The notes beneath the pieces are model-generated. The model ran no database searches and was not told the DNA's origin. It saw only the letters and a list, made by a program, of their open reading frames with translations. This document shows positions 1 to 11,852 of a DNA stretch of 64,000 nt, one piece after another; the first letter of the stretch is position 1, and each line of letters starts with the position of its first letter. Both the position numbers and the translations under genes were made by a program. Source of the stretch: Macrostomum lignano (taxonomy: Eukaryota). The stretch lies in assembly GCA_002269645.1 (NCBI GenBank), contig NIVC01000024.1:806001-870000 (forward strand). The letters are read 5' to 3'.

Positions 1-1690
1 AACACAACACAGAAATACAACAACACAACACATAAATACAACAACACAACACAGAAATACAACACAACACATAAATACAACAACACAACACAGAAAAACA
101 ACACAGAAATACAACAACACAACACATAAATACAACAACACAACACAGAAAAACAACACAGAGATACAACAACACAACACATAAATACAACAACACAACA
201 CAGAAAAACAACACAAAAAACAACAACACAACACATAAATACAACAACACAACACAGAAAAACAACACAGAAATACAACAACACAACACATAAATACAAC
301 AACACAACACAGAAAAACAACACAGAAATACAACAACACAACACATAAATACAACAACACAACACAGAAATACAACAACACAACACATAAATACAACAAC
401 ACAACACAGAAATACAACACAACACATAAATACAACAACACAACACAGAAAAACAACACAGAAATACAACAACACAACACATAAATACAACAACACAACA
501 CAGAAAAACAACACAGAGATACAACAACACAACACATAAATACAACAACACAACACAGAAAAACAACACAGAAAAACAACAACACAACACATAAATACAA
601 CAACACAACACAGAAAAACAACACAGAAATACAACAACACAACACATAAATACAACAACACAACACAGAAAAACAACACAGAAAAACAACAACACAACAC
701 ATAAATACAACAACACAACACAGAAAAACAACACAGAAATACAACAACACAACACATAAATACAACAACACAACACAGAAAAACAACACAGAGATACAAC
801 AACACAACATATAAATACAACAACACAACACAGAAAAACAACACAGAGATACAACAACACAACACATAAATACAACAACACAACACAGAAAAACAACACA
901 GAGATACAACAACACAACACATAAATACAACAACACAACACAGAAAAACAACACAGAGATACAACAACACAACACATAAATACAACAACACAACACAGAA
1001 AAACAACACAGAGATACAACAACACAACACAGAAATACAACAACACAACACAGAAATACAACAACACAACACAGAAATACAACAACACAACACAGAAATA
1101 CAACAACACAACACATAAATACAACAAAACAACACAGAAAAACAACACAGAGATACAACAACACAACACATAAATACAACAACACAACACAGAAAAACAA
1201 CACAGAGATACAACAACACAACACATAAATACAACAACACAACACAGAAAAACAACACAGAGATACAACAACACAACACATAAATACAACAACACAACAC
1301 ATAAAAACAACACAGAGACACAACAACACAACACATAAATACAACAACACAACACAGAAATACAACAACACAACACAGAAATACAACAACACAACACATA
1401 AATACAACAACACAACACAGAAAAACAACACAGAGATACAACAACACAACACATAAATACAACAACACAACACAGAAAAACAACACAGAGATACAACAAC
1501 ACAACACATAAATACAACAACACAACACAGAAAAACAACACAGAGATACAACAACACAACACATAAATACAACAACACAACACAGAAAAACAACAGAGAT
1601 ACAACAACACAACACATAAATACAACAACACAACACAGAAAAACAACAGAGATACAACAACACAACACCTAAAAACAACACAAAAACAAC
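1..1690. repeat. AC-rich satellite array (ACAACACAACACAGAAAT / ACAACACAACACATAAAT variants, with higher-order units); runs off the window start
   Basis: Direct tandem periodicity; almost no G on the + strand. Confidence 0.95.
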
Positions 1691-4229
1691 TGAAATAGCC
1701 TTCCGTTCAGTTCCAGACTACTATTTAGCACTTCACGATCTGAACAGTTTCAGTTCATAAGACAATTTTTATGTGACCCCTCACCGGCGCAGAGGGGGCG
1801 GCAACTCTCTCAAAACAGAACAACATTAAAAAGTTTGACCGCGGCGGCTCTGCGTGGTCGGTCGGGCTGGGGCTGGGACTCGGCGGCTTCTCTCTCTGAT
1901 CTTTTTTCTAAGAGCCATGCATAACAGCAGCCACTGACTCAGCCGGGCCCGCAGTGGTCAGCCACCCCCCTCCCCGCCGGCACCAAACCAGCCACGGGGG
2001 GGTTTGGGGGGTTGGGGGGGGGGCAGTGGCCTGTTTCAGCGCGCCCCAACAGCAGGTCGTAAAACCGAGAAAGCATCGATGGCCCGCCGCCAGTCAGGCA
2101 GCCAAGCCAAGTGCGCCCCACCACCCCACCCACACCAATTTTAACAACCTTTTCGCTGCGCCCAGCTTATATTATATGAGCTGCAAAGGCTAGCTGAGAG
2201 AGAGAGAGAGAGCTGGGACGGGAGGAGGAGAAACGGCCTGCCTGACTTTCTGCCGAACAACTCCTAGGGTGCATGATACTGATAGGTATTGACTGTGGTG
2301 TTTATTAAGAAAGAAAATTGATTTCTTCTTGGTTTAGAAAGTTGAAAACAAACTACTGCAAACACGCGCATTAATCAAAGCCTCGTCGTCTGTCAAATAC
2401 GAGCTACAGCTACAGGCCAGGTACCAGTACCACCGTGGACAGGTAAGTTGAGGCCATAACATTGTCATCGTCATTTCAACTCAAATTAGCTAACCTAACG
2501 AGTTTTATTTTTTTAAATAATTGACCTCCGCCTCCAACAAAAGCAGTCATTATTGTGTCCTGTACATGCGAGCTGCTGACGCTGACGCTGACGCCTGAAT
2601 TGGCAGACCCGGAGACTAATTCGGTTATTGATTGCTCAGAAGCTCGTTTCTACAGGTGCGCAGACTGTGTTATTCAGCCGAGGACAGGTCCAGGTGTAAC
2701 CTTTGCCCCTTTTACCCGCAGCCTTTTACCCGTAACCTGTGATACTATTGACGTATTGAGTGCCGGATCTCCCCACTATATATTTTTAATTCTACTCAAA
2801 ATGTTAAAATCGATGTCGTGAGACTTAGTCGACAATCCACATTCGTTAACACGAGCGTACTGTAGAGGCCAAAGCTTAAATTTACGCAAAAATTACATCC
2901 TGAGAAGTTACCTTTTCCAGCTAGTCCTCCCGAATAAATTTAGCGAACATAGCCCGCCATTTTTCCAAACCTAAAATATCTCTACCTATAAAAATCAAAA
3001 CTCTGTGTGTGTGTGTGTGTGGACAATTTTGATCGCTATGGACTCCCAAACCACTCAACCAAATAACACCAAACTTTACACCCACCCTAAACTCACTACG
3101 GAGAATGTCTTAGGCTACCTTTTAACTTCCTAGACTCAAGTCTTCCTACCTAAAAGTACAAAAAACTGCTCAAAATGCGCGATTTTTTCACTAAATCCTC
3201 CATAGCGCCGCTCCACTTCTACCGATTCTCTTCAAATTTGACACAGGCAATTTTCAACTATTTTGACACAATCGTGTAAAATTTCAAATCTCAAAGTTAA
3301 TCCTGAAAGCCGCTGTGCACTTTTAAACTTAGGCTGTTTTTTTCAGCGAGGCAGCCACCCCAACCTCCGCCCGCCTGCCTCTCTTTCCCGATCTGGGCCC
3401 AGATGTGTAAAAGGGTTTCAAAATTGACTAACTTTCAGCTGCCATAAGTTTGCTCCAAGTAACGCGATTGACTTCAAACTTGACACAATTCTTCATTGAC
3501 TTATTCTCTGTCTAAATGTAAAGTTTCAACTCTCTAACTCAATCAGAACAGAAACTGTAAGCATGTAAAGTTTGTCTGCTTTTTCTGTTGTTTGTGCCAC
3601 TCACTCACTCATTCCCCCAGAGCCAGACGAAGGGTCAGGCGATAGGGCTCAATGTACATAGCGAATGTACAGTGTTTTGGAATAACTTTTTAATAGCCTT
3701 CTCTGTACCCCCGCGAGTGGAGAGGCGTGGAGAGGAGAGAGTTTAGCGAGAGATTTTTAGTATATAGGATTCAATTTCAAACCACTGTCCTCTGAATAGA
3801 CAAGTCTGCAGCAGTTAAACAAGGATGGCAAATCAAGGCGATGTGGGATGGTTTGTAAAAATATCGAAAAATTAATGAATAACTGATTACAATGCAATCC
3901 TACTAAATTAGTTAGTTACAGCATGAAGCTTTTAACATTAAGATTCGCATAAGGTAACTTTAAAATTTAAATGGCTACGAAGAAATGCGTATTTCCTTGG
4001 TTGTTAGACTGCTGCAGACTGGTGGTGGAGCTGGAGAATGGAGATACACAAATTCCTCTCAGGGCTGCTAATTGGCCAGAAAGATGACGCGATTAAAGCA
4101 TGAGAAATGATAACAAATAACAACCATGATAGTATTACTTCCCATCCCATGCACAAACTGGCTTTCGAAGCAGGGATCGGCAGATTTTTATCTCAAAGGC
4201 CAGATAAAGAATCCAACTCATGGCTGCGG

Positions 4230-4601
4230 GCTAGATGAGAGTGAAAAGGAAAAGGAATAGACTATTAGAAAGGGAGAAGGGGCGAGAGGGGGGATAAGAG
4301 AGCAGATAGAAGATAACAGGAGAGACGAGGGGGTTGAGGAGAGAGCAGAGAATATGGGACGAAGAAGCGAGAGGGGGAGAGAGAAGGGAGACGAAATAGT
4401 AGAGGTGAGAAGATGGAGAGAGAAGAGGGGAGAGATGAGACAGAGGATCGATGAGAGAGGAGAGTGGAGAAGAGTGAGAAGAGATGAGAGATGAGAGAAC
4501 AGAGAGGCAAATGAGAGAGCATCGAGAGAAGAGATTAGAAAGGATAGAGAAGAGAGGAGATAAGAGGGGGAGAGAGAGGAGTGAGAAGAGAGGAGATAAG
4601 A

Positions 4602-4669
<68 letters not shown>

Positions 4670-5720
4670 GAGAAAGAAGAGAGGACAAAGGAGAGATGAT
4701 AGAGTAAAGGGAAGAGGAGGAGAGAAAAAAGAGATGAGATTGTAGAGATGAGGGAGATGAAAGGAAAGATGAGAGAGTAGAGATGAGAGATGAAGGAAGA
4801 GAGAGCAGAGTGCAGAGAGACGAGAGAAGAGAATAGAGGGGTGAGAGTATAGAAGAGGGAAGAGAAGAGAGGAGTAAGGAAAGAGAGGAGTCAGAAGAGG
4901 AGAAAGAGAAGAGTACACAGTAGAGAGGAGAGTAGAGATGACAGAAGAGAGAGGGATATGAGAGAGCAAAGATGAGAGTGAACAGACGATATAAGAGAGG
5001 AGAGAGGAGAGTGGAGAGAGAAGAGAGAAGACAAGAGAGGGAGAGAGTATAGAAGAGAGAAGAGAAGAGACGAGAAGAAAGAAGAAAGGAAAGAGAGTCC
5101 TGAGTCAAAAAAGGGGAAAGAGAGGAGTACAAGAAGAGAGAGGTGAGAGAACATATGAGAGCAAAGATGACAGATGAGAGAGGGGAGATGAGAGAGCAGA
5201 AACCAGAGTGAACAGACGAGAGATGGGAGAGTAGAGAGAAGAGAGGAGAGATAAGAAATAAGAGATGAGATGTGGGGACAAGGGAGAGATGAGAAGTGAG
5301 TGAGGAGAGAGGAGGGGAAGGGAGAGAATTGAGAGGACAGGGGAAATTGGTGAAAAGGACGAGAGAGGAGAGGAAAGAGAGGAGAGATTAGAGAGAAGAG
5401 AGATAGGACAGGAGAGAGCAGAGAGAAGAGAGGAGAGAGAGAAGAGAGAAATGAGAAAAGATAAGAGAGAGAGAGAAGATAAAAGAAGAGAAATGAGATA
5501 TAAGAGAGCGAAGACGAGAGAGAAGGGAGGTGAGAGAAAAGAATAGAGGGGAGAGGGAAGAGACGAGAGAAGAGGGGAGAGAGGAGAGAGGACAGAGAAG
5601 AGAAGAAAGAAGAGATAAGAGGAGAAAAAGAGGAGACGAGAGACGTGAGAGAAGATAGGAAACAGAAAAGAAGATGGAAGTTTTAAAGGATGCAAAGTAC
5701 ATAGGGAGAGGCAGAGGTAG
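4230..5720. repeat. GA-rich low-complexity tract including a pure (GA)n run near 4608-4667
   Basis: Polypurine composition; ORFs over it are Leu/Ser low-complexity artefacts. Confidence 0.9.
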
Positions 5721-6023
5721 AGGCCAGAGTTTGCCTGACATTCTGCGCAGCACCCCAGCCAACAATATCAATGTTTGCTTCAAATCCTAATTTTACACGA
5801 ATCTATACTCTATTTTATGTTTAACTCCATCCTAACTATTAACAAGTTTTTGTTTGAGTTTGACCTCAGATTTTAGATTACATGCAAAAATAATTCTGGG
5901 GAATGGAGTTCCCCGGGTTCAAAATCCGCGGGTTTCAACAGCTTGTCATAAATATAAATTGAAAGAGTTTCCAATTCCATGCAATTCAAACTTCCAACCT
6001 CCAAACTTCCAATCGCATTAGAC

Positions 6024-6190
6024 CTAGGTAGGTACACCGATTTCACAGATATTAGAATAGAATAACTAGGTAGGTACACCGATTTCACAGATATTAGAAT
6101 AGAATACCTAGGTAGGTACACCGATTTCACAGATATTAGAATAGAATAACTAGGTAGGTACACCGATTTCACAGATATTAGAATAGAATA
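6024..6190. repeat. About 41-bp tandem repeat x4 (CTAGGTAGGTACACCGATTTCACAGATATTAGAATAGAATA)
   Basis: Direct; the unit includes the left terminus of the adjacent MITE-like element. Confidence 0.85.
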
Positions 6191-6567
6191 ATAAACTCAG
6201 CACATTAGCGTGTAAGCTACTTTCAGTTCAGTAGTAAGTTTAACTAAATCATTTTAATGTTTTATTAAAGCCAGGCTTATTTATTGGCTCTTCCCCCAGC
6301 TTAAACCCTCCAACCTCGCCTTTTCACACTAGCCCCTGCAGCCCAATTTTTATTACCTCTCGGAATTCCAGCCTAAAGCTGCCATGTACATTTCAGTGGA
6401 CTGGCCAATGTACATTATGGCTGAGCCAATTAGCAAGTTGTTTATGCCTGCATTCCTGCAAGCTAAACTTATCAAAGTCATCTCAGCTAGCTGCTTTAAT
6501 TTTTATAGCTCGTAAAATAGCTTCTAGTTTATCTAAAATAGCCCAACTAGTTATTCTAGTATCTGTG
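6170..6567. mobile_element. Non-autonomous foldback/MITE-like element, family A copy 1
   Basis: Termini CACAGATATTAGAATA...TATTCTAGTATCTGTG; body similar to the copies at 46008 and 55997. No TSD resolved. Confidence 0.7.
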
Positions 6568-7013
6568 TAATCGATTTTCAGTTTAATCAAAATTTGTTTA
6601 TCCTTAGTAGTCTACTGAAAGTAGCGGTATAGTGAATTAGCTTTAAAATTTGCTTCAAGCGCAAGCCCATCAACAGTCATTTTTACGCTTTCCCGATCGG
6701 CCAATGTATTAATTAGCAACGAAAGAAGAATAGTTCCAGTGGTATGTCCGTTGCTTTGTTACTAGGGGGGGGGGGTGATCAGTGATTTCAGTGATCTGAT
6801 CACACAGGGTCCGAGAATAAACTTAAGTAATCGATTTTTTCTCTTTTGTATTTTTCAATACTCCATTTTTAATCCCCGTATAATTTTTATACTGCAGCAT
6901 TGCTTCCTTAGACAACGGCTTTTGCTTTCAAGAATATTTTACGTTTTAAATAGCTGCTAGAAGAATGCGATGGGAAAATACTGTTTGAGACAGTTCGAGC
7001 TTCTCAGAAGTGA

Positions 7014-7472
7014 AGCAGCTGTGAGTTTTCCCCTTTAATCGCAGTCACCCGCATCGGAGAAGAAATACAGAGAGTCAACGGCAATGACCTGCTTCCAGAA
7101 GATAACTCGCTGTTCAAATCTAATAGCCCAAGTGGTTCCAAAGACGAAGACTGCCTGAGACTGACAAACAACAGGGAGATGGCGGATAAAGCCTGCGACA
7201 CTCGCCTCGGATTTGTATGCGAGTTTGCGAGTCAGAAAGTCCCAAACTCGACTGCCGGCACATGGAAGGTTGCCAATATTAAGCAAGAGCTGTACAAATC
7301 CAACTACTGCTTCAGCGATGTGCCAAAATGCGAGCAGCGCTATGAGGTGCACTGCAGCCGGCATGCGTACAACAGCAAGCTGAGAGCCTGCCGCCTGCTG
7401 CTGTTCACCGACGCTCAGGTGGAGGCGGAGATCGAGACGAGCGCCGACTGGGTCAAGTTCAGCGTGCACTGA
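7014..7472 (+). pseudogene. C-type lectin (CTLD C-terminal half) plus PAN/apple-like tail; 5' part degenerate
   Basis: Frame open from 7014: QRVNGNDLLPEDNSLF...DEDCLRL...ADKACDTRLGFVCEF, paralogous to the 18822 lectin. In-frame TGA at 7011, no signal peptide found, and the segment after HC appears shortened. Confidence 0.6.
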
Positions 7473-7812
7473 AAATTGAATTTTTATTTTGGCGTTTGAC
7501 AACAATCAACATTTAGGTTGCTAAAGGTATAACAGAAGTAACAAAACAAGAAGTCTGACTTTTATGCAGAAAAATGTCCGTAAACGTTAGAAAGATGTAG
7601 TTAGTCAATTCTGAACAAATAGGATGTCACTGTAGTGTCAAATGCTCGTACATGTAAAAGTATAGAGAAGGCCTTTTTCAATATCATTGTTTTTTCTCAA
7701 TCTATAAGAAAGACTGTCCCAAATCCTATTGAAACCTTTCCGAAGAGCTATTATTTTTATGTACAAATACTGTGATGCTTGATGAGGAGTGAGGATGCAC
7801 CTGAGGTCTCAT

Positions 7813-8334
7813 CAGGGGCGTAGCCAGGAATTTTGATTGGGGGGGGGCCGTGAGTTAGGGGGCGCCAGCTTCTTATAGGGGGGGGGCGCCAGTTTTTTTT
7901 AGGGGAGGGGGCGCCAGTTTCTTTTAGGGGGCGCCAGTTTCTTTTAGGAGGGGGGCGCCAGTTTTTTTTAGGGGAGGGGGCGCCAGTTTCTTTTAGGGGG
8001 CGCCAGTTTCTTTTAGGAGGGGGGCGCCAGTTTTTTTTAGGGGAGGGGGCGCCAGTTTCTTTTAGGGGGCGCCAGTTTCTTTTAGGAGGGGGGCGCCAGT
8101 TTTTTTAGGGGAGGGGGCGCCAGTTTCTTTTAGGGGGCGCCAGTTTCTTTTAGGAGGGGGGCGCCAGTTTCTTTTAGGGGGGCGCCAGTTTCTTATAGGG
8201 GGGCGCCAGTTTCTTTTAGGGGGGGGGGGGGCGCCAGTTTCTTTTAGGGGGAGGGGGGCGCCAAGGCCAGAGTTGGTGATTATGGGGGGGGGGAGGCCAC
8301 GGCCCCCCTTGCCCCCCCTCTGGCTACGCCCCTG
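7813..8334. mobile_element. hAT-type MITE with internal GGCGCCAGTTTCTTTTAGGGG array
   Basis: TIR CAGGGGCGTAGCCAG...CTGGCTACGCCCCTG; 8-bp TSD GGTCTCAT at 7805-7812 and 8335-8342. Confidence 0.9.
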
Positions 8335-9248
8335 GGTCTCATCTCATTCTCTCTTGTACTCTTAGTAGGCTGGCTGAACAATTTTCTTAATTGTTTATTA
8401 TATAGTAGCTTTGCTTAACTACGAGTATTTTTTGTAAGTCGTATATGAGCGTATTGCACTTTGTTTCTTTAAAGTTGCTTCTATAGAGGCTTCTCCCATT
8501 TAAAAAAAATTTTTGTGGCTTACGATCTGGCCGTTTGCGAGGGCTTTCCCAAAGTAGTGTTACTTTTCATTATAGCTCTCGTTCTGATGATCCAAATAAC
8601 ACATAGTTTCGCACATTTTTAGCGGCAATTCTCTTCTCCATATTAATGTGAGCATCTTTGGTATTTTTGACATGCTTATTACTATGTTTTTATCCTCCAT
8701 TTTTATTATTTATGAACGCACCTGTCAATTTCAAGTTTCTTAGGGGGTTAAAACATCGAACGAGCCATCTTGACGTAGCAGCAGCACCCTGTGATTGACA
8801 TGGCTGACAGGGCTTCTTGACCTTCTCTATCGCGGATGCACCTGTTGTCTGATCCCTTGTTCAGTAGCTGAATTAGGCACCTCTGCTTTCAAGTGCTGAA
8901 CTCAGAAGGTTAAATAATAAAGTGGAAATAAACTACAATAATATTCCTCCTATCTTTGACATGTAACACGCTCTACCAGCCGTCCCTTTTTGCAGACTTT
9001 GTTGAAATGTGTACGAGTAGTTCGCTTGATGTTAAGTTGAAGAAACATCCAAATGAATTATGAATCACAAAAATATCATAGAAAATAAGCAGGCGCTGTT
9101 ACTGTACGATGGAAAAAAACTGGAAAAAGGAAATATGTCAATACGACTACTGCCAGTAGCAATGCTGCTTGTCATTCCACAGAGCGAACTGTCAGTGTCG
9201 GCAGGAGCTTGGCGCAGTCAAAGAGGCTGTCCAGCCAGTCCAGGGACC

Positions 9249-11117
9249 TCACGGGTCCAGCTGCTGGGTGTCGACGTTCAGCTGCAGGCCGAACCTCTTG
9301 AAGGTGATGATGTTGAAGAAGTTGGTCAGAGCCTGCAGGTCCTCCTCTGTGATGCTCCTTGGAATCCGATGGAACTTGTACTTCTCCGACTGGTAGATGC
9401 CGCCCAGCACGGACTTGGACTCCTTGATGATGAGCACATCCGGTGCCAGCCGGAAGCGCTGCCGCACGTTGGCGATCAGGAAGTTGAAGGTGCCGTCCTC
9501 GTTCCGGTTGGACAGAACCGTCACCCACGCGTTGTGGCCGCCGCTGTTCACGTCGAACAGGAAGTCGTTCTTGTTCCAGTCCTGGTGGCCCACGAACTGC
9601 ACCATCTCCATCACGGCGCTCACCTGAGGCAGGTACTTTGCGGGAAAGCCGTACAGCCGGTCCAGCATTCCGAGAAACCGCGGCAGGAAGACTGGGTTCA
9701 TCCGGGAGATCACGTGGGCCCGCGACTGCATGGAGAAGAAGTCGAAGCCCTTCCCGATGATCTTGCCGACAATCTGCGACGTCTTCTTGGTGGAGAAGGT
9801 CTTGGCGATCTGACCGTACAGCTTGACGCCTGCCTGCACCGCGGCGATGTACCCAACGGCTGCAGACCTTCTGAAGCGGGCGCCTCTCACCGGGATGTCC
9901 AGCATGAGGGCGAACCTGCGGAAAGCGGCCAGGTCGAAGAACGCCATCAGAACGTCGAGGTCGGCGTCCCGAATGGACGCGGGGACTTTGTGGATGACGG
10001 TCTCGGATGAGCCGAAGGCGCCCCACATCGAGCTGGACTTTCGCTCGACCACCAGCAGGTCCGGAGCGAGCTGGAACGACGTCTGGAAGTCGGCAATCAC
10101 GAAGTCAAAGCCCCGGGAGCCGCCGTTGTGCGCCAGGACGCTGACGAACTTCGTGGAGCCACCCGAGCCGGAGCGAAACAGGATGTTGAAGTCGTGCCAC
10201 TCGCTCTGTCCGAGGAATGGCAGCAGGTCGAAGACGCCCCGCCTCACCTCGCTTCTCACGGTCGGTGACACGTCAATCATGTTGAGCGCGTACTCAACAA
10301 AGCTGGGGTACTGGCTGGGATCGACCTCTGCGATCGCCTGCATGGAGGCGCTCTGGCTGAAAACCTCGAAGCCTCTGCTGGTGATTCTTCGGATCGGCGT
10401 GGACACCGTCAGCTCCTGCCTCTTCACGAGGTCACTCAACCACTGGAACTTCGACAGGAAGCTGCTCACGCCGGTGCGGAGCGAATCCTGGCTTCCCGCC
10501 GACCTCCGAGACCTCCTGAGTGAAGCCGGTTGAGCAGCCATGGCTGGGTGACTCAGGATCCGACTTGCTGCTTCTCGCCTGAGCAGTGCCGTCAGCGCCG
10601 GCATGTCGCGGAATGCCGGTCCCCACTGCGCCTCATCGCAGCGTCTCCATGGCAACGCCCAGTCTCCGCAGTCCCTAGACGCGAAGCTGCACGAGACGAG
10701 AGTGGAGAAAGCGCCGAACTGGATGGCGCTTCCGGAGGTCCGGGCGGAGCCGACGAACAGCTGGTAGCGACACAGCGGCACCTCGACCTCAATCGCGAAC
10801 GAGGTGGCCGCAAAGTCTTCGGACTCGGCAACTCGCAGCAGCCGGCTGACGAAGTGGGCGGGCAGGAAGCGCAGCTGCTGGACCGCCTGTGCCGCGTCCA
10901 CCGAGCCCTCGACAAAGCTGACGTCCTCCGCGGAGCTCGTGAAGTTGCGCACCAGCCGAGCGGCGTCAGCGGCCTCGGTGGCGGCCAGGCGGCTGGCGAA
11001 GCTGGCCAGGGACGCTCGAAGGCTTCGCTGGTCGGCCGCGGGCAGTGGGTCGGCGACGACCAGAGCGCCGCAGAGGACGAACAGCAGAGGCAGCAGAGCG
11101 CGCATTGCAAAGTGCAT
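9249..11117 (-). CDS. Intronless secreted 622-aa protein: signal peptide plus three related alpha/beta domains separated by furin-type sites; family not recognised
   Basis: Long GC-rich ORF with hydrophobic N-terminus (ALLPLLFVLCGALVVA). RRSRR at aa 201-205 and RFRR at aa 414-417. Domains 2 and 3 align (GFxxFS, SGG, FxLAPDxLxx, FFxxxxFxRF). TATA box upstream. Confidence 0.85.
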   Translation of the reverse strand: MHFAMRALLPLLFVLCGALVVADPLPAADQRSLRASLASFASRLAATEAADAARLVRNFTSSAEDVSFVEGSVDAAQAVQQLRFLPAHFVSRLLRVAESEDFAATSFAIEVEVPLCRYQLFVGSARTSGSAIQFGAFSTLVSCSFASRDCGDWALPWRRCDEAQWGPAFRDMPALTALLRREAASRILSHPAMAAQPASLRRSRRSAGSQDSLRTGVSSFLSKFQWLSDLVKRQELTVSTPIRRITSRGFEVFSQSASMQAIAEVDPSQYPSFVEYALNMIDVSPTVRSEVRRGVFDLLPFLGQSEWHDFNILFRSGSGGSTKFVSVLAHNGGSRGFDFVIADFQTSFQLAPDLLVVERKSSSMWGAFGSSETVIHKVPASIRDADLDVLMAFFDLAAFRRFALMLDIPVRGARFRRSAAVGYIAAVQAGVKLYGQIAKTFSTKKTSQIVGKIIGKGFDFFSMQSRAHVISRMNPVFLPRFLGMLDRLYGFPAKYLPQVSAVMEMVQFVGHQDWNKNDFLFDVNSGGHNAWVTVLSNRNEDGTFNFLIANVRQRFRLAPDVLIIKESKSVLGGIYQSEKYKFHRIPRSITEEDLQALTNFFNIITFKRFGLQLNVDTQQLDP

Positions 11118-11202
11118 CGGACTGAGTGCTCAGAGGTGTTTGCTTTGAACTGACTGCTCGGAGATGAGCTCAATTAACATCTGCTCTATCAGATCCGATG
11201 GT

Positions 11203-11210
11203 CTTTTATA
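11203..11210 (-). promoter_or_regulatory. TATA box (TATAAAAG) of the 622-aa gene
   Basis: Canonical motif about 90 nt upstream of the ATG at 11117. Confidence 0.55.
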
Positions 11211-11720
11211 CTGTTTAAGCGGAAATGCACCTGCAACGATCAGTTTGCAACCGCATGGCCACCGCAGACGTGAGCGGAGGCGTTCTCTGATAAGGTTATT
11301 TTTTAGCCGAACTTTTCCTGACTGCATGGGCGGCTCGTGTGAGCGCCAATCTTATCAGCGAACCAGCGTTTCCGACTGCTGGATTTGGGCATTCGAGTGC
11401 CGAGTGCGTCGGAAAGGAGACAGAGCCTTTGGAGTGTTGGCAAGGTAACCCGTGAAACCGTAGCGAGCGATGTGCTGTTTCAGCCGCACGCAGCTACGGC
11501 TACTTGATGCCTGCTTGCTCAGCGATTTCCCATACTTTTTACTGCTTTATCCAAATTAATGTGAAAATATTTCTGCTGTTTGGATAAATGGATATACGTC
11601 AGATACTTTTGCATTTAAGAAAAACCCATTGGGTGAACGTATTTCAATCATGTATTTGAGGCTGGGAAACAAAGGTTTTCGCTTCATTGGTGTGAAGGTT
11701 CATTCAAGGTCAGTTTGACG

Positions 11721-11852
11721 TCAGAACACGCTGAACTTGACCCAGTCGGCGCTCGTCTCGATCTCCGCCTCCACCTGAGCGTCGGTGAACAGCAGCAGGC
11801 GGCAGGCTCTCAGCTTGCTGTTGTACAGCACGTGTCTGCAGCTGGCCGCACG
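11721..11852 (-). pseudogene. 3' end of C-type lectin/PAN gene B, separated from its 5' part by the Gypsy element
   Basis: Reads RAASCRHVLYNSKLRACRLLLFTDAQVEAEIETSADWVKFSVF*; abuts the LTR end; 100 bp identical to 7367-7466 in inverted orientation. Confidence 0.75.

Noticed and set aside
2860-3720. Helentron/HINE-like repeat (microsatellite plus repeated CTTCAAA(T/C)TTGACACA)
   Set aside because: Resemblance only; termini and a second copy could not be defined in this window.
4218-5783. Long Leu/Ser or Arg/Glu ORFs over GA/CT tracts (also 44262-45514 and 49911-50551)
   Set aside because: Translations of low-complexity repeats that lack stop codons by composition.
9060-10533. Antisense and alternate-frame ORFs overlapping the 622-aa gene (and similar ones over pol)
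   Set aside because: Shadow ORFs expected on GC-rich coding DNA; no independent protein features.
11849-11852. CGTG at both element junctions as a target-site duplication
   Set aside because: The 5' side is not followed by an LTR start, and rejoining at CGTG puts the lectin halves out of frame, so a TSD cannot be supported.
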